Assembly (NCBI RefSeq): GCF_054482525.1
Contig: NZ_CM137006.1
Length of the DNA: 64,000 nt
Strand: one strand, 5' to 3'
How positions within the stretch are numbered: the stretch's first letter is position 1; every line of letters starts with the position of its first letter. The notes below the pieces were generated by a model. The model worked only from the letters and a program-made list of their open reading frames with translations, was not told the DNA's origin and ran no database searches. Shown here piece after piece: positions 43,634 to 54,800 of the stretch. The translations under genes were made by a program, and so were the position numbers.

Positions 43634-45550
43634 TTATTTTTTGTCTTTGACTTCTTCAAATTCAGCGTCGACAACATCGTCATCTTTCGCGTTGTTTGCA
43701 GAAGCATCAGCACCGGCAGTCTGCTGCTGGGCATGTTGCTGCTGGGCGATTTCCATCAGTTTCTGGGAAACCTGTGCCAGTTCCTGCATTTTCGCTTCGA
43801 TAGCGGCTTTGTCTTCACCTTTCAGAGCAGTTTCCAGTGCAGTCAGCGCAGACTCGATAGCAGTTTTGTCGTCAGCCGGCAGTTTGTCGCCTGCTTCTTC
43901 AACCTGCTTACGGGTGCTGTGCAGCAGATGATCGCCCTGGTTGCGAGTCTGAACCAGCTCTTCAAACTTACGGTCAGCTTCGGCGTTAGCTTCTGCGTCG
44001 CGTACCATTTTCTGGATTTCATCTTCGTTCAGACCAGAAGAAGCCTTGATGGTGATCTTCTGCTCTTTACCGCTGTTTTTATCTTTCGCGGAAACGTGCA
44101 GGATACCGTCAGCATCGATATCGAAGGTAACTTCGATCTGCGGCATGCCGCGCGGTGCCGGGTTGATACCATCCAGGTTGAACTGACCCAGAGATTTGTT
44201 ATCAGCCGCACGTTTACGTTCACCCTGCAGCACATGGATGGTTACCGCAGACTGGTTGTCTTCAGCGGTAGAGAACACCTGGCTGTGCTTGGTCGGGATA
44301 GTGGTATTTTTCGCGATCAGCGTCGTCATCACACCGCCCATGGTTTCGATACCCAGAGACAGCGGGGTAACGTCCAGCAGCAGTACGTCTTTTACGTCAC
44401 CAGTCAGAACACCACCCTGAACAGCAGCACCGATTGCTACAGCTTCGTCCGGGTTAACGTCTTTACGCGGCTCTTTACCAAAGAACTCAGCAACTTTCTT
44501 CTGAACCATTGGCATACGAGTCTGACCACCAACGAGGATAACGTCGTCGATATCAGATACGGACAGGCCAGCGTCCTGCAGTGCAACTTTCAGCGGCTCA
44601 ATGGAACGGTTTACCAGATCTTCAACCAGGCTTTCCAGTTTCGCACGAGTCACTTTGATGTTCATGTGTTTCGGACCGGTCGCGTCTGCAGTGATGTACG
44701 GCAGGTTAACGTCGGTCTGCTGAGCGGAAGACAGTTCGATTTTCGCTTTTTCTGCCGCTTCTTTCAGGCGCTGCATTGCCAGCGGATCGTTGCGCAGGTC
44801 AATGCCCTGATCTTTCTTGAATTCTTCAACCAGGTAGTTGATCAGACGGCTGTCGAAGTCTTCACCACCCAGGTGGGTATCACCGTTGGTAGCCAGAACT
44901 TCGAAGGTTTTTTCGCCGTCAACTTCGTCGATTTCGATAATAGAAATATCGAAAGTACCACCACCCAGGTCATAAACCGCGATAGTACGGTTGCCAGTAC
45001 CTTTGTCCAGACCGTAAGCCAGCGCAGCTGCGGTCGGTTCGTTGATGATACGTTTTACTTCCAGACCAGCGATACGGCCTGCGTCTTTGGTTGCCTGACG
45101 CTGAGCATCGTTAAAGTATGCCGGTACGGTAATAACAGCTTCAGTTACCGGTTCACCCAGGTAATCTTCAGCGGTTTTCTTCATTTTTTTCAGCACTTCA
45201 GCAGAGATCTGCGGCGGTGCCATTTTCTGGCCTTTAACTTCGACCCATGCGTCGCCGTTATCAGCAGCAATAATTTTGAACGGCATGATGGAAACATCAC
45301 GCTGTACTTCTTCGTCCTGGAAGCGGCGGCCAATCAGGCGTTTAATCGCAAACAGGGTGTTTTGCGGGTTCGTCACTGCCTGACGTTTAGCCGGCTGACC
45401 AACCAGAGTTTCACCATCCTGGGTATAGGCAATGATAGAAGGCGTGGTGCGATCGCCTTCGGCGTTCTCCAGTACACGAGGAGTGGTGCCATCCATAATC
45501 GCTACACAAGAGTTGGTAGTACCCAGGTCGATACCAATTATTTTACCCAT
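43634..45550 (-). CDS. dnaK: molecular chaperone DnaK (Hsp70)
   Basis: 638-aa [24 protein letters not shown]...; Hsp70 signatures. Confidence 0.98.
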
Positions 45551-45669
45551 CTAAACGTCTCCACTATATATTCGGTCATCATGTGGTTGTGAGTCTGTAA
45601 TAGGGGCGAAACGTCTGGTTTCAACTGCCCAATTTCATTTTTTTGCAGACTCACTCACTGCGGTTGACT

Positions 45670-45702
45670 ACTAAATGGGGTCGTAACCCACGTCATCAAG
45701 GG
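45670..45702 (-). promoter_or_regulatory. sigma-32 heat-shock promoter of dnaK
   Basis: Minus strand reads CTTGAT-N14-CCCCATTT, matching the sigma-32 consensus (CTTGAAA / CCCCATnT); a second similar element (TTGAAA ... CCCCTATT) lies nearer the gene around 45604-45625. Confidence 0.6.
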
Positions 45703-45925
45703 GGAGATGCAAAAATTTTTTGTGCTTTTGCGCAGAAATTTCGCGATATGCCAGAACAAGACACGAAACTGACAGCAATTTTATTCATATAGAGAATGAA
45801 TGACAGCCAAGACATTCATAGAAAAATTGTAATAAAAAGAAAATATTACGTACCTGAATCTTCTCTTTATCAGCAGTAAACTAGTGGGTATTCATCCCCT
45901 ACCTCTCCCCACTAAGAGAATCCTT

Positions 45926-46330
45926 ATGAAATCCGTTTTTACGCTTTCCGCCAGCCTGGCGATTAGCCTGCTGCTGTGCTGCACGGCGCAGGCAAACAAC
46001 CATAAAATCCTCGGCGTCATTGCGATGCCGCGTAACGAAACCAACGATCTGGCGCTGAAACTTCCTGTTTGTCGCATTGTTAAACGCATTCAACTCACTG
46101 CCGACCATGGCGATTTGCAGTTAAGCGGTGCATCGGTTTATTTCAAAGCCGCCCGTAGCGCCAGTCAGAGCCTGAATATTCCTTCAGAAATAAAAGAAGG
46201 GCAAACCACTGACTGGATCAACATTAACAGCGATAACGACAATAAACGCTGCGTCTCAAAAATCACCTTTTCCGGCCATACGGTGAACTCATCGGATATG
46301 GCCACGCTGAAAATTATCGGCGACGACTAA
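45926..46330 (+). CDS. yaaI: secreted protein of unknown function
   Basis: ORF 45884..46330; signal-peptide-bearing product starting [23 protein letters not shown] at ATG 45926. Confidence 0.8.
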   Translation: MKSVFTLSASLAISLLLCCTAQANNHKILGVIAMPRNETNDLALKLPVCRIVKRIQLTADHGDLQLSGASVYFKAARSASQSLNIPSEIKEGQTTDWININSDNDNKRCVSKITFSGHTVNSSDMATLKIIGDD

Positions 46331-46355
46331 CGCCAGAATATAGAAGCCACAAAAA

Positions 46356-47069
46356 ATGAATGTTAATTACCTGAATGATTCAGATCTGGATTTTCTCCAG
46401 CATTGTAGTGAGGAACAATTGGCAAATTTCGCCCGGCTGCTCACCCATAATGAAAAAGGCAAAACTCGCCTCTCCAGCGTACTGATGCGCAACGAACTGT
46501 TTAAATCGATGGAAGGACATCCCGAGCAACACCGCCGCAACTGGCAGCTGATTGCCGGAGAATTACAACATTTTGGTGGCGATAGTATCGCCAACAAATT
46601 GCGCGGACACGGTAAATTGTATCGGGCCATTTTGCTCGATGTTTCAAAACGATTGAAGCTGAAAGCCGACAAAGAGATGTCTACGTTTGAAATTGAGCAA
46701 CAGTTACTGGAACAATTTCTGCGTAATACCTGGAAGAAAATGGACGAGGAACATAAGCAGGAGTTTCTGCACGCGGTCGATGCCAGGGTGAATGAGCTGG
46801 AAGAGCTGCTGCCGCTGCTGATGAAAGACAAATTATTGGCAAAAGGCGTGTCGCATTTGCTTTCCAGCCAATTGACCCGCATTTTACGCACCCACGCAGC
46901 AATGAGCGTACTTGGGCATGGTTTGCTGCGCGGCGCGGGGCTGGGAGGCCCTGTAGGCGCGGCACTAAATGGGGTTAAAGCGGTCAGCGGCAGCGCCTAT
47001 CGCGTGACGATTCCAGCCGTACTGCAAATCGCCTGCCTGCGCCGGATGGTTAGTGCCACTCAGGTCTGA
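46356..47069 (+). CDS. yaaW: protein of unknown function
   Basis: 237-aa ORF at the conserved position between yaaI and satP. Confidence 0.8.
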   Translation: MNVNYLNDSDLDFLQHCSEEQLANFARLLTHNEKGKTRLSSVLMRNELFKSMEGHPEQHRRNWQLIAGELQHFGGDSIANKLRGHGKLYRAILLDVSKRLKLKADKEMSTFEIEQQLLEQFLRNTWKKMDEEHKQEFLHAVDARVNELEELLPLLMKDKLLAKGVSHLLSSQLTRILRTHAAMSVLGHGLLRGAGLGGPVGAALNGVKAVSGSAYRVTIPAVLQIACLRRMVSATQV

Positions 47070-47217
47070 TACCGGAAACCGGGGAAAATTTTCATTTTCC
47101 CTTCAAAAGATCGTAGACACTGCCCCACTGGCTGATTATTATGCCGCGCCCTGAAAACACTACAGTTATTCAGGGAAATTATTTCACCATTCATTCGATG
47201 ATGATTTTTGAGGAATT

Positions 47218-47784
47218 ATGGGCAACACTAAGTTGGCTAATCCGGCACCGCTGGGCCTGATGGGCTTCGGCATGACCACCATTCTGCTTAACCTGCACAA
47301 CGTGGGTTATTTCGCTCTTGACGGTATTATTCTTGCAATGGGCATTTTCTACGGCGGCATCGCGCAAATTTTTGCTGGTCTGCTGGAGTACAAAAAAGGC
47401 AACACTTTCGGTTTAACCGCATTCACCTCTTACGGTTCTTTCTGGCTGACGCTGGTTGCGATTCTGCTGATGCCGAAACTGGGTCTGACCGATGCGCCAA
47501 ATGCACAGTTCCTTGGTGTCTACCTGGGTCTGTGGGGCGTATTTACGCTGTTTATGTTCTTCGGCACGCTGAAAGGCGCACGCGTTCTGCAATTCGTTTT
47601 CTTTAGCCTGACCGTGCTGTTTGCCCTGCTGGCGATCGGTAACATTGTCGGTAATGCCGCGATCATCCACTTTGCCGGCTGGATTGGTCTGATCTGCGGT
47701 GCCAGCGCAATCTATCTGGCGATGGGTGAAGTGCTGAACGAGCAGTTTGGTCGCACCGTTCTGCCGATTGGTGAATCGCACTAA
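47218..47784 (+). CDS. satP: succinate/acetate:proton symporter
   Basis: 188-aa six-helix membrane ORF MGNTKLANPAPLGLMGFGMTTILLNLHNVGYF. Confidence 0.92.
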   Translation: MGNTKLANPAPLGLMGFGMTTILLNLHNVGYFALDGIILAMGIFYGGIAQIFAGLLEYKKGNTFGLTAFTSYGSFWLTLVAILLMPKLGLTDAPNAQFLGVYLGLWGVFTLFMFFGTLKGARVLQFVFFSLTVLFALLAIGNIVGNAAIIHFAGWIGLICGASAIYLAMGEVLNEQFGRTVLPIGESH

Positions 47785-47792
47785 TTGTTTTG

Positions 47793-47818
47793 AGATCCCC
47801 CCGCTCGGGGGGATTTTT
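47793..47818. terminator. bidirectional rho-independent terminator between convergent satP and mog
   Basis: Hairpin gagatccccccgctcggggggat flanked by a T-run; lies between two convergent stop codons. Confidence 0.75.
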
Positions 47819-48406
47819 TTATTCGCTAACTTCGCGTCTTGCACTCTTCGGTCTGAATGCAGCAACCACTTCCGGTGCCGTTTCAACGTATGGCCCTTCC
47901 AGCAACTGAATGCAGTACGGTACGCTGGCAAAAATACCGTGCACCACAACGTTACCCTCAGCGTCCTTTACACCTTCCAGCGTCTCTTTAATAGACTTCG
48001 GCTGACCGGGTAAGTTAAGGATCAGCGCCTGTTTGCGAATCACGCCCACCTGACGCGAAAGGATCGCAGTTGGTACAAAATGCAGGCTGATCTGGCGCAT
48101 CTGTTCACCAAAGCCTGGCATCTCGCGGTCCGCTACTGCCAGCGTCGCATCGGGCGTTACGTCACGACGCGCCGGGCCAGTTCCGCCCGTGGTGAGCACC
48201 AGATGGCAACTCATTTCATCCACCAGCTCACACAACGTTTGCTCGATGATCGCCTGCTCGTCGGGGATTAAGCGGGTTTCCAGTTCAAACGGCGTGGTTA
48301 GCGCCGATGTCAGCCATTCTTCCAACGCAGGGATGCCTTTATCCTGATAAACGCCGCTGGATGCGCGATCAGAGATGGAAACTAAGCCAATACGTAAAGT
48401 ATTCAT
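47819..48406 (-). CDS. mog: molybdopterin adenylyltransferase
   Basis: ORF 47819..48409; product MNTLRIGLVSISDRASSGVYQDKG (MoaB/MogA family). Confidence 0.93.
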   Translation of the reverse strand: MNTLRIGLVSISDRASSGVYQDKGIPALEEWLTSALTTPFELETRLIPDEQAIIEQTLCELVDEMSCHLVLTTGGTGPARRDVTPDATLAVADREMPGFGEQMRQISLHFVPTAILSRQVGVIRKQALILNLPGQPKSIKETLEGVKDAEGNVVVHGIFASVPYCIQLLEGPYVETAPEVVAAFRPKSARREVSE

Positions 48407-48520
48407 CAAGATTTTTCCGTTTAAACAGTCTCGTTAAACAGAATGATACACTGCGAAGGGAGTGACAGACAGGCTTCAGAAGAGGTAGCGTGACCGACTT
48501 CCCGGTCACGCTAAGAATGA

Positions 48521-49474
48521 TTACAGCAGATCGCCGATCATTTTTTCCAGTTTTTCCTGGTCAACAGCAAACTTACGGATACCTTCCGCCAGTTTATCTA
48601 CTGCCATTGGATCCTGGTTATGCTGCCACAGGAACTCGGACTCAGTGATACGCGCCGGACGCGCTTTCACTTCGCCGGTGTAAGACAGTTTACGTTCGAT
48701 AGCCCCTTCGCTCTCAGCCAGCTCTTTCAGCAGTGCCGGTGCGATGGTCAGACGGTCGCAACCTGCCAGTTCCAGAATTTCGCCGATGTTACGGAAGCTT
48801 GCGCCCATAACCACGGTTTCATAACCGTGCTCTTTGTAGTACTGGTAGATTTCAGATACAGAAACCACGCCCGGATCTTCTGCCGGAGCGTACTCTTTCT
48901 TATCAGTATTCGCTTTGTACCAGTCAAGAATACGGCCAACAAATGGCGAGATCAGGAACACGCCTGCTTCCGCACAAGCACGAGCCTGAGCGAAGGAGAA
49001 CAGCAGGGTCAGGTTACAGTTGATACCTTCTTTTTCCAGCTGTTCTGCAGCACGGATACCCTGCCAGGTAGAAGCCAGTTTGATCAGAATACGATCGTTG
49101 CTAATCCCTGCATCGTTGTAGAGTTTGATCAGGCGTTTTGCTTTCGCAATTGACGCTTCGGTGTCATAGGAAAGACGCGCATCAACTTCAGTTGAGATAC
49201 GGCCCGGAACCAGTTTCAGGATTTCCAGACCAATATTTACTGCCAGTTTGTCGGTCGCGTCCACGATCTGCTGCGCGCGATCGTTGCTCTGCTGTTTCGC
49301 CCAGGCGACAGCATCATCAATCAACTTACGGTATTCCGGAATCTGCGCTGCGTTAAGAATGAGAGAAGGGTTGGTTGTGGCATCCTGCGGTTGATACAGC
49401 TTCATTGCCGCGATGTCCCCAGTGTCGGCCACTACGGTGGTGTACTGACGAAGGGAGGTCAATTTGTCCGTCAT
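48521..49474 (-). CDS. talB: transaldolase B
   Basis: ORF 48521..49537; conserved start [40 protein letters not shown] at ATG 49472-49474 gives 317 aa. Confidence 0.96.
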
Positions 49475-49752
49475 GATAGTATTTCTCTTTAAACAGCTTG
49501 TTAGGGGGATGTAACCGGTCTGCCCCGATGATATCACGACGCAACGTCAGCGCAACCGCCGACAAGACGGTTATCGCCAGGCGAGACTGTTTCAGATTTC
49601 TGACACTGCGTTGATATCGCCCGCCATTTTTATACAAAACCTCATGTATGCTACGCAGAAGTTATCAAGTACCTCGTAGCGTATATACTTCTTAAACAAT
49701 TGGTAACGTTTACACAGGAAAGTCATCGCGACCGGCAATAAGAGGGATATGC

Positions 49753-51183
49753 ATGCCAGATTTTTTCTCCTTTATTAACAGCGTCCTTTGGGGATCGGTA
49801 ATGATTTACCTGCTCTTCGGCGCAGGTTGTTGGTTCACTTTTCGCACCGGATTTGTGCAGTTTCGCTACATCCGCCAGTTTGGCAAAAGTCTTAAAAATA
49901 GCATTCATCCACAGCCAGGCGGTTTAACCTCATTTCAGTCATTGTGTACCAGTCTTGCGGCACGCGTGGGTAGCGGCAACCTGGCCGGCGTTGCGCTGGC
50001 TATTACCGCCGGTGGACCTGGAGCCGTCTTCTGGATGTGGGTTGCCGCGTTTATCGGCATGGCGACCTCGTTTGCCGAATGTTCCCTTGCACAACTTTAT
50101 AAAGAACGTGACGTTAATGGGCAGTTTCGTGGCGGACCGGCATGGTATATGGCGCGCGGGCTGGGGATGCGCTGGATGGGCGTTCTGTTCGCCCTCTTTT
50201 TGCTCATCGCCTACGGCATAATTTTCAGCGGAGTTCAGGCGAACGCCGTTGCCCGCGCCCTGAGTTTTTCTTTTGATTTTCCTCCGCTGGTGACAGGCAT
50301 TATTCTTGCTGTCTTTGCTCTGCTGGCAATCACTCGCGGTCTTCATGGCGTCGCCCGGCTCATGCAGGGGTTTGTCCCGTTGATGGCGTTAATCTGGGTA
50401 CTGACCAGCCTGGTAATTTGCGTAATGAATATCGGGCAACTTCCCCACGTCATTTGGTCTATTTTTGAGAGTGCTTTTGGCTGGCAGGAAGCGGCAGGCG
50501 GCGCGGCGGGATATACCTTAAGCCAGGCGATTACTAACGGTTTTCAGCGCAGTATGTTTTCCAATGAGGCGGGAATGGGGTCGACGCCAAACGCGGCAGC
50601 GGCGGCTGCGTCCTGGCCTCCGCATCCCGCAGCGCAAGGAATTGTCCAGATGATTGGCATTTTTATCGACACCCTGGTCATCTGTACGGCAAGCGCCATG
50701 CTGATATTACTGGCGGGTAACGGCACAACCTACATGCCGCTGGAAGGTATTCAGCTTATCCAGAAGGCGATGCGGGTGTTAATGGGTTCCTGGGGTGCGG
50801 AGTTTGTTACCCTCGTGGTTATTCTGTTTGCCTTCAGCTCCATCGTTGCCAACTACATTTATGCCGAAAACAATCTCTTCTTCTTACGTCTGAACAACCC
50901 TAAAGCGATCTGGTGTCTGCGAATCTGCACCTTCGCAACGGTCATCGGCGGCACCTTGCTAAGTCTTCCGCTGATGTGGCAACTGGCAGATATCATTATG
51001 GCCTGCATGGCTATTACCAATTTGACCGCCATATTACTGCTCTCGCCTGTGGTTCATACCATTGCCAGTGATTATCTACGCCAGCGTAAACTCGGCGTGC
51101 GCCCGGTGTTTGATCCGTTGCGTTATCCGGATATCGGTCGCCAGCTTTCTCCGGACGCGTGGGATGATGTTTCGCAGGAGTAA
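49753..51183 (+). CDS. yaaJ: sodium:alanine symporter family transporter
   Basis: 476-aa multi-pass membrane ORF. Confidence 0.9.
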   Translation: MPDFFSFINSVLWGSVMIYLLFGAGCWFTFRTGFVQFRYIRQFGKSLKNSIHPQPGGLTSFQSLCTSLAARVGSGNLAGVALAITAGGPGAVFWMWVAAFIGMATSFAECSLAQLYKERDVNGQFRGGPAWYMARGLGMRWMGVLFALFLLIAYGIIFSGVQANAVARALSFSFDFPPLVTGIILAVFALLAITRGLHGVARLMQGFVPLMALIWVLTSLVICVMNIGQLPHVIWSIFESAFGWQEAAGGAAGYTLSQAITNGFQRSMFSNEAGMGSTPNAAAAAASWPPHPAAQGIVQMIGIFIDTLVICTASAMLILLAGNGTTYMPLEGIQLIQKAMRVLMGSWGAEFVTLVVILFAFSSIVANYIYAENNLFFLRLNNPKAIWCLRICTFATVIGGTLLSLPLMWQLADIIMACMAITNLTAILLLSPVVHTIASDYLRQRKLGVRPVFDPLRYPDIGRQLSPDAWDDVSQE

Positions 51184-51252
51184 TCACAACTATCGATCAA
51201 CTCATTCTCTTTTTTTGCTAAAGTCGGCATAAATTTCCTGCAAGGACTGGAT

Positions 51253-52029
51253 ATGCTGATTCTTATTTCACCTGCGAAAACGCTCGATTACCAAAGCCCG
51301 TTGCCCACCACGCGCTATACGCTGCCGGAGCTGTTAGACAATTCCCAGCAGTTGATCCATGAAGCGCGGAAACTGACGCCTCCGCAGATTAGCACGCTGA
51401 TGCGCATCAGCGACAAACTGGCGGGTATCAACGCCGCTCGCTTTCATGACTGGCAGCCAGATTTCACGCCGGAGAATGCCCGCCAGGCGATTCTGGCGTT
51501 TAAAGGTGATGTCTACACCGGCTTGCAGGCCGAAACCTTCAGCGAAGACGATTTCGATTTTGCCCAACAGCATTTGCGAATGCTTTCCGGCTTGTATGGC
51601 GTACTGCGCCCGCTCGATTTAATGCAGCCTTATCGTCTGGAAATGGGGATCCGTCTTGAGAATGCCCGAGGGAAAGATCTGTATCAATTCTGGGGAGATA
51701 TCATCACCAACAAGCTGAACGAGGCGCTCGCAGCACAAGGCGATAATGTGGTGATAAATCTGGCGTCAGATGAGTATTTTAAATCGGTGAAGCCGAAGAA
51801 ATTGAATGCCGAGATTATCAAGCCGGTGTTCCTCGATGAGAAGAACGGCAAATTTAAGATCATCAGCTTCTACGCTAAGAAAGCACGCGGTCTGATGAGT
51901 CGTTTCATTATTGAAAATCGGCTGACCAAACCAGAGCAACTGACTGGTTTTAATAGCGAAGGTTACTTCTTTGATGAAGCTTCCTCCAGCAACGGCGAAC
52001 TGGTGTTTAAACGCTACGAGCAGCGTTAA
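51253..52029 (+). CDS. yaaA: peroxide stress resistance protein (UPF0246 family)
   Basis: 258-aa [22 protein letters not shown]. Confidence 0.9.
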   Translation: MLILISPAKTLDYQSPLPTTRYTLPELLDNSQQLIHEARKLTPPQISTLMRISDKLAGINAARFHDWQPDFTPENARQAILAFKGDVYTGLQAETFSEDDFDFAQQHLRMLSGLYGVLRPLDLMQPYRLEMGIRLENARGKDLYQFWGDIITNKLNEALAAQGDNVVINLASDEYFKSVKPKKLNAEIIKPVFLDEKNGKFKIISFYAKKARGLMSRFIIENRLTKPEQLTGFNSEGYFFDEASSSNGELVFKRYEQR

Positions 52030-52068
52030 GTTTGCAGTCAATGCCGGATGGCAATCCGGCATTGATAT

Positions 52069-52365
52069 TTAGCGATGATGTTTGTCAGGCCCCGGACGAT
52101 GATCGCCACGATGATCATTGTGCTTGTTATGGCGCGGCGATGGCGGCGGTCCATATGGGTGCCAGCGATTGCCTCGCCATTCATAATGTTGTTTCCACCA
52201 GCCGTGGTCGCGCCAGTGACCGCCATCCCAGTAATAGCCACGATTATCACGATCGCCTATCTGTAATTTTACTGACGGGACTAACGTAATTTCCGCAGCC
52301 TGCGCTGCCATGGGAGCGACCAGAACCAGGGAAAGTGCGAGTACGATAGATTGCATCTTTTTCAC
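52069..52365 (-). CDS. yaaX: secreted Trp/His/Arg-rich repetitive small protein
   Basis: 98-aa ORF with signal peptide [23 protein letters not shown] and a W/H/R/G-rich C-terminal half. Confidence 0.8.
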   Translation of the reverse strand: MKKMQSIVLALSLVLVAPMAAQAAEITLVPSVKLQIGDRDNRGYYWDGGHWRDHGWWKQHYEWRGNRWHPYGPPPSPRHNKHNDHRGDHRPGPDKHHR

Positions 52366-52522
52366 AGGTTACTCCTTTTATCATTGCCCGTTATGGGTCG
52401 ATATCCGGAGATTACGCGATGAGAACGGCAGTTGTTATTCTCCGCAATCCTAATCTCTAAGTTACCGCATTTATTGAGAATTTCTCCTTTTTCCCTGTCG
52501 TTTTTCTCCATATTTTCTTCAT

Positions 52523-52557
52523 TAAAAAAGCCGGGCTGTATAAAAGCAAACCCGGCC
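52523..52557 (-). terminator. rho-independent terminator of the thr operon
   Basis: Minus-strand hairpin gccgggtttgcttttatacagcccggc followed by ttttttaatg, 23 bp after the thrC stop. Confidence 0.75.
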
Positions 52558-52579
52558 TGATTGAGATAATGAATAGATG

Positions 52580-53866
52580 TTACTGATGATTCATCATCAA
52601 TTTACGCAACGCAGCAAAATCGGCGGGCAGATTATGCGAAAGCAAGGGTAAATCAGCACGTTCTGCCAGCTCTTTTGGCAGATCCAACGTTTCACCGAGA
52701 ATCGCTTCCACGCTCTCTTTAAATTTCGCCGGATGCGCGGTGCCGAGGAACAAGCCATATTCGCCTGGATGCAACTGGTCACGCAGTGCACGATAAGCTA
52801 CGGCAGCGTGCGGCTCCGAGGTATAGCCCAGTTCTTTTAACTCACGCATTGTCTGTTGCGTGGTTTCATCATCTACGGCTGCATAACCCAGCTCTTTCAG
52901 TTGCCAAATTTTGCGGCGGAACAACTCTTCCACACGCGGCCAGTTGTTCGGTTGACTCACGTCCATCGCGTTGGATAACGTCGCCTGAGTCGCTTTGGGT
53001 GACCACTGCCCGTCGTGCAGGAAACGCGGCACGGTATCGTTCACGTTAGTGGCAGCGATAAAACGCTTCACCGGCAGGCCAAGAGATTTCGCCAGCAGGC
53101 CCGCCGTCAAATCGCCGAAGTTACCGCTCGGCACCGAGACAACCAGCTGGTTGCGCGCTTCCTGCGGCAACTGCGCCACGGCTTCAAAGTAGTAGCAAAT
53201 CTGCGCCAGCAAACGGCTGATGTTAATGGAGTTAGCAGAGTTTAACCCCAGCGCCACTTTCAGTTCTTCATCATCAAACGCCTGCTTCACCAGCGCCTGA
53301 CAGGCATCGAAATCGCCGTCGATGGCAACAGTTTCAATATTGCCGCCCAATGTACAGAACAGTTTTTCTTGCAGTGGACTGATTTTGCCTCGTGGATAGA
53401 GGATAACCACTTTCACATTCGGCAAACCGTAGAAAGCATGAGCCACTGCCGCTCCGGTATCACCGGAGGTCGCGGTCAGAATGGTCACTGGCTTATCGCC
53501 CGCAATATGGGTCAGCATTTGTGCCATAAAGCGACCGCCGAAATCTTTAAATGCCAGCGTTGGCCCGTGGAACAACTCCAGACAACCGACATCGCTTTCA
53601 ACATTGGCGACCGGAGCCGGGAAGGCAAACGCCGCGCGTACGCGCTCTTCCAGGATTTCCTGCGGGATTTCATCACCAATAAACGCCGAGAGGATCTTCG
53701 CACTGCGGGTGACAAAATCCAGCTTCAGCATCTCATCAATTTCAGTCAGGCTGAATTCCGGCAGGTCGTGCGGGAAAAACAGCCCCTGATTTTTGCCCAA
53801 CCCCTGGGTTACGGCTTGCGCAAAGCTGACCTGCTCATTGTGATCTTTCAGATTGTAGAGTTTCAT
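52580..53866 (-). CDS. thrC: threonine synthase
   Basis: 428-aa ORF MKLYNLKDHNEQVSFAQAVTQGLGKNQGLFFP. Confidence 0.97.
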   Translation of the reverse strand: MKLYNLKDHNEQVSFAQAVTQGLGKNQGLFFPHDLPEFSLTEIDEMLKLDFVTRSAKILSAFIGDEIPQEILEERVRAAFAFPAPVANVESDVGCLELFHGPTLAFKDFGGRFMAQMLTHIAGDKPVTILTATSGDTGAAVAHAFYGLPNVKVVILYPRGKISPLQEKLFCTLGGNIETVAIDGDFDACQALVKQAFDDEELKVALGLNSANSINISRLLAQICYYFEAVAQLPQEARNQLVVSVPSGNFGDLTAGLLAKSLGLPVKRFIAATNVNDTVPRFLHDGQWSPKATQATLSNAMDVSQPNNWPRVEELFRRKIWQLKELGYAAVDDETTQQTMRELKELGYTSEPHAAVAYRALRDQLHPGEYGLFLGTAHPAKFKESVEAILGETLDLPKELAERADLPLLSHNLPADFAALRKLMMNHQ

Positions 53867-54799
53867 TTAGTTTTCCAGTACTCGTGCGCCCGCCGTATCC
53901 AGCCGGCAAATATGAACAAAACCTTCCTGATTTTGCAGGTAGTTCTTACCCAACCAGTCGGCAACGCGCTGGGCGGTATCCGGCTTGTCACACAGAGCGA
54001 ACAAAGTCGGGCCGGAGCCGGAGATACCGCTCGCTACCGCGCCGATTTCCGCGACCGCCTGCCGCGCCTGCCGGAAACCAGGCAGTAACCGTTCACGGTA
54101 GGGTTCAGCGATAACATCTTTCATCAGCTTCGCGGCAAGCTCAGGCTGACGGGAATAGCAGGCGTGAATGAAGCCTGCCAGATGTCGCCCGTGCGCAATG
54201 CAATCCTGGCGGCGATACTGTGCCGGTAAAATAGCCCTGGCTTCTGCCGTCGAGACTTTAATCCCCGGATACGCCAGCACCCACAGCCACTCATCAAACC
54301 CTGGCACTTGCTGGCTGATGATGTCGTTTTCTTCGATCATTAACTGCATACCACCAAGAAAACACGGTGCCACGTTGTCGTAATGAATGCTGCCGGAGAT
54401 ACGCCCTTCCAGCTCGCCCATCAAAGCCAGCAAACGGGTGTCATTAAGCGGCTTGCCGCAGTGTTCATTCATCGCCATCAGCGCCGCGACCACTGAACAG
54501 GCGCTGGAGCCTAAGCCCGAACCGATCGGCATATTCTTTTCCAGGGTCATCGCCACTGGAATTTGCTTACCCAGCTCCTGGCAAAAACGCTCCCAACACT
54601 GATAAACGATATTTTCCCGAGGTTCTGACGGCAGCTTATCGGCAAAGCGTCCGAGGTTATTGAGACTGAATGTCTCTGCCGCCTCAACCGTGACTACATC
54701 TCCGAGCAATGCACCATCAACGGGTGTCACCGCCGCCCCGAGCACATCAAACCCGACGCTCATATTGGCACTGGAAGCCGGGGCATAAACTTTAACCAT
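53867..54799 (-). CDS. thrB: homoserine kinase
   Basis: 310-aa [27 protein letters not shown] (GHMP kinase). Confidence 0.97.
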
Positions 54800-54800
54800 G

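Noticed and set aside
43556-45592. 678-aa plus-strand ORF antisense to dnaK
   Set aside because: Shadow ORF opposite the highly conserved dnaK gene; the translation has no recognisable domain character.
52032-52289. 85-aa plus-strand ORF with His/Asp-rich repeats overlapping yaaX
   Set aside because: It is antisense to yaaX, which has a signal peptide and a conserved position; the repetitiveness reflects the yaaX coding sequence.
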